Shown piece by piece: positions 1 to 11,772 of a DNA stretch of 64,000 nt (the first letter of the stretch is position 1; every line of letters starts with the position of its first letter). The stretch comes from Octopus sinensis (Eukaryota), in NCBI RefSeq assembly GCF_006345805.1, contig NC_043008.1, positions 3,286,001-3,350,000 of the forward strand, in the 5' to 3' direction. The translations under genes and the position numbers were made by a program. The notes under the pieces were generated by a model, which was not told the DNA's origin, searched no databases, and saw nothing but the letters and a program-made list of their open reading frames with translations.

Positions 1-12
1 TTCGTTGCGCTT

Positions 13-97
13 GTGGGTTATATTATTATTATTATCATCATCATCATCATCATCATCATTATTATTATTATTATTACTACTACTACTATTATTATTA

Positions 98-135
<38 letters not shown>

Positions 136-178
136 ATAATAATTATTATTATTATTATTGTTGTTGTTGTTGCTGTTA
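13..178. repeat. Compound trinucleotide microsatellite (ATT/ATC/ACT/GTT)
   Basis: Directly visible; explains the poly-Ile ORF 13..288. Confidence 0.95.
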
Positions 179-189
179 ATTACGATAGT

Positions 190-392
190 GTAAGGTTATC
201 CTGGCAGAACCGTTGCTACGCAGTGCAAAATGGCCCGGCCGCATTTCGTTGGCCTTTATGTTCGTACTTCAACTTCCTCTGCGACTGACTTTGTTTCCTT
301 TCGAAGTCGATAAAAGAATTTCCAATCGAACGATGGCATTGAAGTCACCGACTTAAAGTTGCTGGCATTGTGCCAGAATTTGAAAACATTAT
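190..392 (+). mobile_element. Degenerate tRNA-derived SINE, family A
   Basis: CTGGCAGAACCGTT...TCGAAGTCGATAAAAG...GCTGGCATTGTGCCAGAATTTGAAAAC aligns by eye to the better copies at 7118, 14847 and 53510. Confidence 0.55.
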
Positions 393-929
393 GTAAAGCA
401 GTGTCATTCGGCTCTAGGAGACATAAAGTTTCGCCGACTTCTAACAGAAACTCGTCTCTTTCGGACTTAGACTGACTGCCTTATTCTGTCGTTTCTAACT
501 TGTCAAAGCATGCTCAATGTCTCTGTTCTAGAATTTCCGAGTTTAACACAAAAATTTGACGTTGGATCTTTGTTCCAACTTCCTGTCCATGACCAAATAA
601 CAGAGTACAGCATACTCGTGATCACAAAAGCACAAACGTCACACATAGCAGAGTAAGCACAAACATGTCACTCGGCACAGGGCCTCATGAAGGTAATTGC
701 CTGCTCTGCTCTCACTACACATGCAACCTTGTGCTGCAATCTGTTGGCGCGCTAAAAACTAGTCCGGGAACCTTTTTCATATCACTTTGTACCATATATG
801 TATATATGTGTATATATGTGCGTGTGTGTGTGATCGTGTATGTGAGTCTTTGCATGCATGTATATGTGTGTATATGCATTTGGGTTTGTGTGGATTCGTG
901 GGGGGTATGTGTGGATTCGTGTGTGTGTT

Positions 930-965
<36 letters not shown>

Positions 966-1922
966 GGTGTGAGTGAGTGTGTTAGCGCAATGTCTAAAAA
1001 TAGTAAATACTCAAAAATTCGTCCGCTATAAACAGGCACGGCTTGCCAACTTTAACTTGCATTATCTATCGCATCATGTGATCAGAGCAAACTATGTTAC
1101 GGTTAAAAAATAAACATCAAATGAAATATGAGATAAGAGACTCGTTGAAAGAACGAGATAAGAGACTCATTGTTCCCGTTATGAACAATCAGAGAGCTTT
1201 ATATTACAAACAAAATTATTTGGACTGTCTAGATTTCGTTTCCTAGTAAGTTCTTATTTGAATTATTGTTTATCCCCTTCAGAGAATTACCAACACCGAA
1301 TTATATTCGCAATAAAATTGTATACACCCAAACGTATGCATATCCATATTTGCCGAAATATTCGTACATGTTTATGAAAATACATTAGTCTAAATATGTA
1401 CACAAGAATAATCGGGAAAGCCTACACTCACTCACAATGAGACACATGTGCACACAAACTATTAACAATTGTTCTGCCCTCGGACAAGATACTGTATTTT
1501 ACTTGTGGTTTGTCAAAATGAAGCGGGACTGTAATTGCACTCCTACATTACGGAACAATAACTATTGTTAAAATGGAGATCCACCAGTAAAATGAACGGC
1601 TGCGGTGACAGAACAAACCTGCATTCATGAAAAAAAGATACGAAGCATGTTTGTCATGTTGGTTTACTATTCTTGACAGTCACACAGTCTCAGATTATTT
1701 ATGGTTTGAACTTATTTAATGCTTTCCTTCTTGTTAATTTTTAAACGTGTCATACTTTAACATTATATTAAATTATCAATTATCATAGACCGATGCACAG
1801 GCAGTCCTCATGTACACAATATGTGTTTGTATGTATGTATGTATGTATATCTGTGTATGTACGAAAATATGTATATTTATCTATATATTTATCCCTCTCT
1901 CTATCTCTCCCCCCTCTCTCAG

Positions 1923-1958
<36 letters not shown>

Positions 1959-2160
1959 ATATATATACACACATGCACACAAACACACAAACACGCGCGC
2001 GCGCGTATATAATCAGTCAGTAATTTATAAATCCGGAAAATGCAGACTCTAAGAATTTAGAACAGCAATACTTACAAGGTTGTTTTTTATGGACAGTGAG
2101 AGAAAGCCTGATGGTACTTCATGGATACTCTCACGGACAGTGAGAGAGTACCTCCAGCCA

Positions 2161-2220
2161 ACGAGTCTGACGAGTCGCCTTTACTACAAAGAGATTTTAG
2201 GCGCGAAACCGATGAGCACT
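2161..2220 (+). ncRNA. Hammerhead-ribozyme-like motif (degenerate)
   Basis: CTGACGA-G (2167-2174), stem II CGCCT/AGGCG closed by G-C with one bulged T, then GAAAC (2205-2209). Stems I and III cannot be closed cleanly. Confidence 0.45.
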
Positions 2221-3204
2221 ATCTGACACGCCATAGCAAACAATCTTCTTAGTATATATATATAAGGAAACTAATCGGAAAATGTATTTATTTAATTAAC
2301 CAGTTTCAAAATTTAAGTGTGAGACTCTGTGTATCCTCTGTTGTGTCAATAATTAAATCCTTAAATCCTTAAAAATGTTTCAGCTCGAAAGCTGCGGCCA
2401 TGTTGGGGCACCTCCGTTGAATTAGTTTACATAAAAACATTCAGATCAGGTAATAAAATTTTTAATTCAATGAGAAGATAAAAATTAGTTTATTTGAGGT
2501 TATTCAAATCAAATAGTAGTAGTTATAGTTGAATATAAAGATAGATAGATCGATAGATAGAGAGAGAGAGTGAGAGAGAAGGAGAGAGAGAGATAGGTAG
2601 ATTGATAGACATAAAGATAGAGAGACAGGCACAATGTTATATACGCAAATAAATAATTTAACTATGAAAGCTCTAGATATGGTTTTATTTGTTCCTCAAT
2701 TTTGCAGAGACAGACAGACAGACAGACAGACAGAAACAATGCGAGAAATTGGAAAGAGAGTAATTGAGGAGAAAAGATATTTTAAACAGCTTTGCGCAGG
2801 ACCAGGATGTTTCTCTTCATACTTACACACACACACACACACCCGCGTGTATGTGTGTGTGTGCATCTTTTTGAGTGTGTGTTTATATATATATATATGC
2901 CTGGATATTTGTAGACAGATGAGCGTGTGTGTGTGTATGTGTGTATGTATTTCTGTGTGTGCGTATATGTAAGTTGGATTCCTCTGCTAATATTGATCCA
3001 TTATTCTCGTCCGTTCGTTGGTTTACTGGAATTCACATCAAACGCTGAAGTGTGAACGTTTCACTAAGAGGAGCCTAACGAACATTATTTTTGCCTTGGC
3101 ACATTTTGCTGTTAAAATATTCTTAATGTGCCATATTGCCTATGTATACGCTTACGGATTATAGAATTATATATGTTTGTGGGTATGTATGTGCATATCT
3201 AATG

Positions 3205-3282
3205 ATAACAACAACAATAACAACAACATCAACAACAATGATAATAAAAATAAATAAAAAATAATGACAATAATAATAATAA

Positions 3283-3332
<50 letters not shown>

Positions 3333-3391
3333 TAATTTTGATAATGAAGACGATGATGATGGTTGTGGAGGTCGTGGCGGTAGCGATATTA

Positions 3392-3485
<94 letters not shown>

Positions 3486-3580
3486 TATTATTATTGTTGT
3501 TGTTGTTGTTGTCGTTGTTGTTGATATTGTTGTTATTATTGTGTTGCTGCTGTTAGTATTATTCTTCTTCTTCTTATTAT
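3205..3580. repeat. Compound (AAC/AAT)n ... (ATT/ATC/GTT)n microsatellite with fold-back symmetry
   Basis: Directly visible. Confidence 0.9.
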
Positions 3581-3887
3581 TATTAATGTTCACAGCATAG
3601 GAAAGTGGCAAATTTTTCAGTCAGGCGTCTGTGTTTGTGTGTGTGTGCTTCGTTATTTATGACTTTATCATCGAATAATGGCATAGAATTTCAAAGAGCA
3701 TATCACAACGATTCCCCAGTGTCGAGATAATTTCATAATTGTGCTACTGACAACCCAATCATAAATATTGTTTTCAACAAATGTTTGAAAGTTCTGCATC
3801 CCTAAGTTGAAATATTCAGATATCTTGAATATATTTATTAAGTCTAATATACACTAAAATATTCTTGTATTTCATAATTATCATTGT

Positions 3888-3985
3888 AATGGTTGTGGTG
3901 GTGGTGGTGGTGGTGGTGGTGGTGGTGGTGGTGGCGGGCGGGCGGTGGTGGTGGTGGTGGTGTTGGTGGTGGTGCTGGTGGTGGT
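3888..3985. repeat. (GGT)n microsatellite
   Basis: Directly visible. Confidence 0.95.
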
Positions 3986-4084
3986 ATTTTTGTGATATTA
4001 GTTACTCTACTAATTCTTTTGAGTCAGGATGTCTCTCGCTCTTCTTTTCTCCCCCAACAATGCACGTACACACACATGCATGTA

Positions 4085-4265
<181 letters not shown>

Positions 4266-4598
4266 AGCACGTGCGTACATACATACCTAGGTATGTATGA
4301 ATGTATACATTGGGTGCGTAAACAGCATTTTGATTCAATGCTAGATATTACAGCCGACTATATTAGTTATTTTTAGCGAACACTCTGCATATAGTCTTAT
4401 GTTACCACATTTTCAGTATGAACAGTATTCTGATAGGATGGGATAGGCTGGTCCAGCTGATGCTTATTTTCCTGTCCATTAATATAGCCTAGATATATCC
4501 TATCTGTACTAAGTCTCTGCTAAAACTCAGGAAATTTCAAGTAGTACTATATTTATATATATAGCTTCAAACAAGCGTACGCACATATGTATATATAT

Positions 4599-4710
<112 letters not shown>

Positions 4711-5049
4711 CATAAATATATGTACATATACATACATATATATATATGTATGCGTGTATGCATTTAGTCACGCATCTATGGCTGCATTTCTATTTCGAGC
4801 AATCACATCCTATGTTGATTTTATTCTAACGAGGAACACGTATAAACTTGGGACTTAGAGCCAGTGGCGGACTGGTCAGTTTGCCAGCTTACCCGATGGC
4901 AATATGAGAACCCGTGTTTGTATCTAAGGGGCCCATCCCCTCAAGTTTGAGTATTTTTTATTCATTCCTGAAAGAATGCATTATTCCAGCCAAGTTACCA
5001 ACATTACTGTGTGAGACTTCTCTGCTGAATTGTGAGACCTTCCTCATCT

Positions 5050-5403
5050 AGGCAAACCAACTACATTGTCCTGGGTTCAGTCCCACTGCGTGGCACCTTT
5101 GGCCAGTGTCTTCTACTTTAGCCTCGGTTCGGCCAAAGCCTTGTGAGTAGATCTGGTTGACGGAAACTGAAAGAAGCCCATCGTATATATATATATATGT
5201 GTGTGTGTGTCTGTGTTTGTCCCCCAACATCACTTGATAGTCGATGTATGTGTGTTTACTTCCCCATGACCTGGCGGTTCGGCAAAAGAGACCGACAGAA
5301 TAAGTACTAGGTTTACAATGAATAAGTCCTGGCGTCGATTTGTTCGACTAAAGGCGGTACTCCAGTATGGCCGCAATCAAATGACCGAAACAAGTAAAAG
5401 AAT
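5050..5403 (+). mobile_element. tRNA-derived SINE, family B (OR2/CORE-SINE-like)
   Basis: B-box-like GGTTCAGTCC, CORE-like GCACCTTTGGCCAGTGTCTTC, internal (AT)(GT) tract, tail ...GAAACAAGTAAAAGAAT. Homologous to the inverted copy at 8578-8958. The family name is from recalled resemblance, not a search. Confidence 0.85.
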
Positions 5404-6389
5404 TTTTATATGCCTGTCTGTGTACAATGATCTATAACCAGGGCACACTCACAGATTTGCCGCACAAGTAACATTTTATTTTTACACTTTGAAATGTATT
5501 TTTCGCATAAAATTTATTGTGGTTGGATTTGAACCGAGAACACAACAGATCGTAGTGAAACACCACAAGTCATTTAGTTACTCGTTTTACTAAGTCTACT
5601 AATCGATCAGCCGTGTACACATCAGACTTTTTAGTCTCGGCAAAATGCCACCTTTTGAATTGGAAATTGTCAAATCTAATCTATAAATAGATGTGTGTAG
5701 CTGGTATACAATTTATAGCTCATATGTGTGTGTATGTGGGTGTACCTGTGTTTGTGTGTGTGACATATATGTATTCTCAATATTCGTTGAAGAACATAAT
5801 TGTATGCGGTGTTTATTCTAGTGACATTTATTTATATTTTGTTTCTGCTTCTTTAATATATATTTGTAAATTTTTATATATTATAGTTTCGATGATAACA
5901 TAGATAATTTAGATAATTCTAAATAGAAAATTTTATAATCATTAACTGGTGAATTTTATGATTCCAAAGTCATAAATTGTGTTTCTAACAAGCGTGCTTC
6001 GTGTTGATAAATAGACAGTAATGCTGCGAGGACTAGAAATAGCGTTTCTCTGTTAGTTAGAAGGCGTTGGGAAGAGTGGTATTGGAGATTATCCTCATCT
6101 GAGTACTTCAAAAAGTTATCCGAGTATTTCAAAAAGGCTGATACTTCAAACAGTTATCGATAGCACAAATATTGCTTTCTCCTTTTTTTTTTTCTGGTTG
6201 TGATATGATTCTGCCGATCCAAAATCCTTTCCATTTCCAATATATGCGTTAAGTTAAAAGAAACTAAAAAAATTTGTATGGAGACATAATTCTATAAAAT
6301 TGACCGAATAGTCAACTGGTATTTGTATTCATAGAAGTATGAGCAACGAGCAATGAAACCCCAGCGAATTTTTTACTTGAGCGTAATGA

Positions 6390-6700
6390 ACCGAATGAAA
6401 AATGCAAGGAGTTAACAATTCTACCAATCCACCGGTATATAGCACGGATAGTACAAGTCAGCTGTGAGCAAATCTAGTTGGGAGAAGCTCTGTTGATTGC
6501 TCCCTGTATATAATTGGGTTGTGTGGTTTGGAGGGGTGTCTTTGTGTCTCTGTTTGACCCTCTCAACGCTTGACAATCCGTATTGTTTCGTATACGGCTC
6601 AGTGATTTAGCGGATCAACAAAATAATCGATATAAAAAGACAAATATGTACTAGAATCGATTTGTTCATCTAGATTAAAACGAGGATGTCCCAGCTCAAC
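6390..6700 (+). mobile_element. Highly degenerate family B SINE remnant
   Basis: GTGTCTTTGTGTCTCTGTTTGACCCTCTCAACGCTTGACAA...GATTTAGCGGATCAACAAAA resembles the 3' half of the 5050-5403 copy. Confidence 0.45.
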
Positions 6701-6734
6701 TGCGGGTCTAATGAGAGAAAAAGCTACAAGTGCG

Positions 6735-6920
6735 TGTGTGTATATGTATATATGTGTGTGTGTGTGTGTGTGTCTGTGTATGTATGTATAAATATGTATG
6801 TATGCATGCATGTATGTATGTATATATGTATGTATGCATGCATGCATGTATGTATGTATGTATGTATGTATGTATGTATGTATGCATGCATGCATGTATG
6901 TATGTATGTATGTATGTATG

Positions 6921-6952
<32 letters not shown>

Positions 6953-7023
6953 ATATATATATATATATATTATATATATATATATAATTATGTATATATA
7001 TATATATATGTATATATATATAA

Positions 7024-7085
<62 letters not shown>
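6735..7085. repeat. (GT)/(ATGT/ATGC)/(AT) compound microsatellite
   Basis: Directly visible. Confidence 0.95.
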
Positions 7086-7117
7086 ATTTTATTTTCAGTC
7101 CCTATTTCTATCGTCAA

Positions 7118-7310
7118 AAGGCGGCGAGCTGGCAAACACATTAGCACGCTGGGCGAAATGCTTAGCGGTATTTCGCCTGCCTTTCCGTTCTGAGTTCAAA
7201 TTTGCCGAGCTCGACTTTGCCTTTCATCACTTCGGGGTCGTACTGGTGTCAATCTAATCGCCTGTCCTCCTTCCCCAAAATTTTGGGCTTTGTGCCTAGA
7301 GTAGAAAATA
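7118..7310 (+). mobile_element. tRNA-derived SINE, family A
   Basis: AAGGCGGCGAGCTGGCA head, B-box-like GAGTTCAAATT, tail TGTGCCTAGAGTAGAAAA; multiple copies in the window. Confidence 0.85.
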
Positions 7311-7594
7311 ATCTCTATTTCTGTTAATGCGTTCTCTTTCGTTGGTACTCGCCATATTTTCACCTCGCATACTTTTAAGTTCTTTTTATTTCTATTTTGA
7401 TTTATATATTTATATGCTATGCTTTAATATCTATAGATTTGTATTGATCTGTATTAACATGTATTAATGTAAACGTATCTTAAAAAATACCTGAAGGATT
7501 TTACGCTTATGTGTTTTCCGTTTGGGAATTTGCTAATTGACCTAGACTTTGTTTCTGAGTCTACCTCTTCAGTTATACACACACACACACAAAC

Positions 7595-7627
<33 letters not shown>

Positions 7628-8023
7628 CTCACGCACGCACACATGCTCACACATACATATAGATATAATTCCAAGAGTATCCAACCAAGAGATAATATCT
7701 ATCCAATATACTGCTGGTAGAATACCTAATTAATACACAAGAGGGTTTTTTTTTATTGCATGGCAATTACACTACTGAATGTAATAAATACGTGAAGGTA
7801 ATAAGTTTTTTTTAACCCTTAATTTATACAGCAATAAAAAAAATGAAGGGGATCAAGGGCTGGTATTCATCAACATTTAGATATCATATCATGTCTATTT
7901 ATTTAGTTTTAAAAAAATGTAACAATATATATAGATGTACAACATATTATGCTTTACATATATAATATATAAAAATACCAGTAATTATTAAAATATATAA
8001 CGTAGACCATAGAAAGTAGGATT

Positions 8024-8090
8024 GTATCTTACAGCTGTTTCAGCCGAGAGGCCATAGTAAACCACTCTACTTCCATCCCTTCAGTGAACT
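8024..8090 (-). ncRNA. Penelope-type hammerhead-like motif with palindromic helix III (degenerate)
   Basis: Minus strand CTGAAGG...GAAACAGCTGTA; ACAGCTGT is a perfect palindrome. A9 position is G and stems I/II are weak. Confidence 0.4.
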
Positions 8091-8360
8091 GAAGTATTTG
8101 TTGGATAAGATTAAGGTACTTAGGTGTGTCTCTGGGCTTCGTCAGAGAGTTTAGAAAGTTCATAAGGTGAAGTTATAAATATAAATACATACATATACAC
8201 ACATATACACACATATGTACATATATATATATACATATATATATATACATATATATATACATATATATATATACATATATATATACATATATATATATAT
8301 ACATATATATATACATATATATATATACATATATATATACTATATATATATATATATATA

Positions 8361-8392
<32 letters not shown>

Positions 8393-8548
8393 CATATAAA
8401 ACAATTAAGATTCAAGTGAGTTCCAATGAATTCACATGAATGTGGTACTTAACTTAGATGCACCAGAAATCTTTATGGTATTAATAAAACTGTTCGTCGT
8501 ATGAAACAATTGTACTGAACAACTAATCCATTCTTGTTGCTATTTTCT

Positions 8549-8577
<29 letters not shown>

Positions 8578-8581
<4 letters not shown>

Positions 8582-8958
8582 TTTTTTACTCTTACTTCTT
8601 TCAGTCATTTGACTGTGGCCATGCTGGAGCACCGTCTTTAGTTGAGCAAATCGAGTCCAGGACTTATTCATTGTAAACCTAGTACTTATTCTGTCGAACT
8701 CTTTTGCCGAACCGCTAACGTACGGGGACGTAACACACCAGCATCGGTTGTCAAGCGATGGTGGAGAGACAAATCCAGACACACAAATGTATACACACGC
8801 ACAAATATATATATACGATGGGCTTCCTTCAGTTTCCGCCTACTAAATCACTCGGCCAGAAGCTATAGTAGAAGACACTTGCCGAAGGTTCCACGCAGTG
8901 GGACTGAACCCAGAACCATGTGGTTGTTAAGCAAGCTACTTACCACACAGCCACTCAA
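8578..8958 (-). mobile_element. tRNA-derived SINE, family B, near full length
   Basis: Minus strand GAGTGGCTGTGTGGTAAG...GGTTCAGTCCCACTGCGTGGAACCTTCGGCAAGTGTCTTCTAC...; reverse complement of 5050-5403. Confidence 0.88.
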
Positions 8959-8981
8959 TAATATATATATATATATGTATA

Positions 8982-9090
<109 letters not shown>

Positions 9091-9620
9091 ATGCACACAG
9101 TTTAAATTCTCTTAAGGCAAATCATCACAAATTAAAAGAATTGATAAAAGTTGAAGGTTTGTACTTCTCCTTTGATTTTCAGTGACATTGACCTCAAAAT
9201 ATTCTTATCAAAATCAACCTATATTTTTCATATAAACTTCGGATAATTGAAATATCATATTTGAATGTTTTGTTAAACATGGAGAACTGCATTGTGACTG
9301 AAGAGAGTTATGAGCTGTTGGGGAAATTGTTGATTATAGAGACAGTTCGAACGTTTTCTATCTCCACTCTCTCAATTAAGTGAAATGAAAAGAGTGAGAG
9401 CCATGTGTATCGATATGCAGAGGAATGAATCTAGATCGAAACAGTGATAATACATTTTCTGTGCTAAAATTTTAATGCAAAATCTCCGAAATATTATTGA
9501 CTAACATTCTTTTAACTTGTTCCATGAATGAGTTATGAATAATTCTGGCAATAGATTATCATGACAGCAAAACTATCATTCTGATAAAATTGTTTTCAGA
9601 TATATACGTAGGCGTCTGTT

Positions 9621-9663
<43 letters not shown>

Positions 9664-11049
9664 ATATAGACATATATATGTATGTATGCATAATCATTTA
9701 TATAAACGACAGGTGTTTCTCTATGTGATGCTGGTGTTGTTCATGCTGAAGTGTGCACTTATCGTTCAAATGTATTTTCACAAAATTCCAGAAAGGAACG
9801 CCCAGCATCTTCTTGCAAATATTTAATGTATTTTCGATAACACAATCCAAAGTGACCCCCGCTCCTTTGGGATTGTTTTGTAATTTGAAACGAATTTAGT
9901 CTCAATTTCTTGAAGGTGGAACAATCCAAGCATTTGTTCTCCATTTGTGCTTGTAGCTACATGTCTACTGTAATTATTGATGTGAGATGATTATCATACA
10001 ACTTCTATACTTTACTGAAGACTCTTTTTCACATAAGAATCACTTTAGTCAAAATCTAGTGTGAAGCACATGTTTGAATACTGCAGGACTTTGGATAAGC
10101 ATTTGGATTGCAATTGGATGAAAAATTTGAATTTCTTTCAGTGCCCTTGTTCACTAAATCGCAGATATCACCAAATCAGTATTTTGGAAACAGCTTAATT
10201 GCAATTCTATAACTTTGCAAAATGCATTTGTTTAAATATTCCACACAGAAAAAATGTCCAGTTAAGACGCATCAGACTATAATTTTAAATCACTATTTAC
10301 GGATACCTCCACACACATTGTAAAATATTATAGAATAATATATATTCGTTGTCATTGTGGAAGATTAAAGTAAGAAATTTGAGCCTATGTCCAGATTGCA
10401 TGGCGCCTCTTCGAGTAACACGACTGCTACTAATGATGTATGTGACACGAGACAGTGTTATGTCTGTCATGTTCTGAAACACATCATGATCTACAGGTAT
10501 ATGAAATGATGACACAATTTAAATACACTATAAATTTTCAATGTATTATAGAGTAATATAGTGAGGCTCTAACTTATAAATCGAATTCATTTAGAAGCTA
10601 AGAAATTCTTGAAAATAAAATCTCGTCGATGACTATTTGTCTGCGTAATGTTAGAAAAGATGACAAGTCTTAATAGAAAATATAAATGTTTGAAATGGAT
10701 AATGATTGTTTTCGTTAGACAGGACTGTTGCATTAGTGATAAGATGTGGTCGAAACATGACATGTCTAACAATTTACAAGAATTTATGAAGAGAATTATA
10801 AGTTTTCGTTGGTGAGAATAAGAGAAATACTAATGGAAATAAACCATTTTAGGTAAATACGTTCAACTTAGGTATAAATAGGCTGAATGCAATCTTGGTG
10901 TACGGTTTAAAATGTCTCTTCGCAAGTACGTATTTCCGTTTTTAATTTCTACTGAGCGCCATTTTTCTGAAGGGCATTTTAATATAACATGAGGTTGACA
11001 TAAAGCTTGATAATGTAATTGTATAATTGTTATTTAAACCTGTAGGAAA

Positions 11050-11772
11050 CCTGCCCATGTGACATATGCACAATCTGTAGAATCAGCTTGTGACAAACTT
11101 TCTGATCAGGTCCCCGGTATGAACAGACTTATCCCCCTTCTACAAACCACAACACTCTTGAAAGCAGAAAATTGTCATGTGAGTCATGCTACAGTAAACT
11201 GGTGGGAGGTAACGTTAAAGAAGCTGTCCACAGAAGTGCATAAAATTTAGTGTTCCTGAAATAATATGTGTGTGTGTGGGGGGGGGTATAGTATTAATAA
11301 CGATTAGAGGAAAGGAAATGTTCACATCCGTGATTTTATTTAACTTATTTGCAGTATCTTTACGGGACTCACGCGTGATTCAGCAACAGCGACCGCAACA
11401 CTGTTTGATATGCAGCCAAGCACAGTTTGTGACAGACCATGCCTTCCTCTTGCTCGGTTCAGATCTCATTTGCGAACACAGAAATAGAAGCATCCACCAA
11501 CTATTCTGCCTATATATATATCTGCACGCGTTTGAATGCTGTGTATGCTAGAAGGTTCGCAAATGTAACGGAGACCTCAAAAGACATTTTAAGATCCACA
11601 AAAATCAGAACTTATCTGCAGCTTTTGGTGGTCCAACTCGGATGTGCAATCTATGTGAGTGTCCTTTCAGAACATTGTCTGGTTTAAAAGGCCACATGAG
11701 CTGCCATGATGGTTCTAAGGTTCAAGTACAGGAGGTGGTCAAACTCTGCATAAGGAGTAGACAACCGCCATA
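11050..11772 (+). mobile_element. Degenerate LINE 3' end (RTE-like) encoding C2H2 zinc-finger motifs
   Basis: One frame reads FECCVC*KVRKCNGDLKRHFKIH...MCNLCECPFRTLSGLKGHMSCH (11531-11706, in-frame TAG at 11549). A third finger-like VCDRPCLPLARFRSHLRT lies in another frame at ~11425-11480. The element ends abruptly in a (TA)n tail at ~11770. The RTE assignment and the 5' limit are inferred. Confidence 0.55.

Noticed and set aside
8880-8958. tRNA-like A/B boxes here and in other SINE heads
   Set aside because: They continue into SINE bodies and do not fold into complete cloverleaves, so they are not tRNA genes.
9710-10520. Complex, coding-looking sequence, possibly a transposase remnant
   Set aside because: Stops occur in all six frames and no diagnostic motif was recognised.
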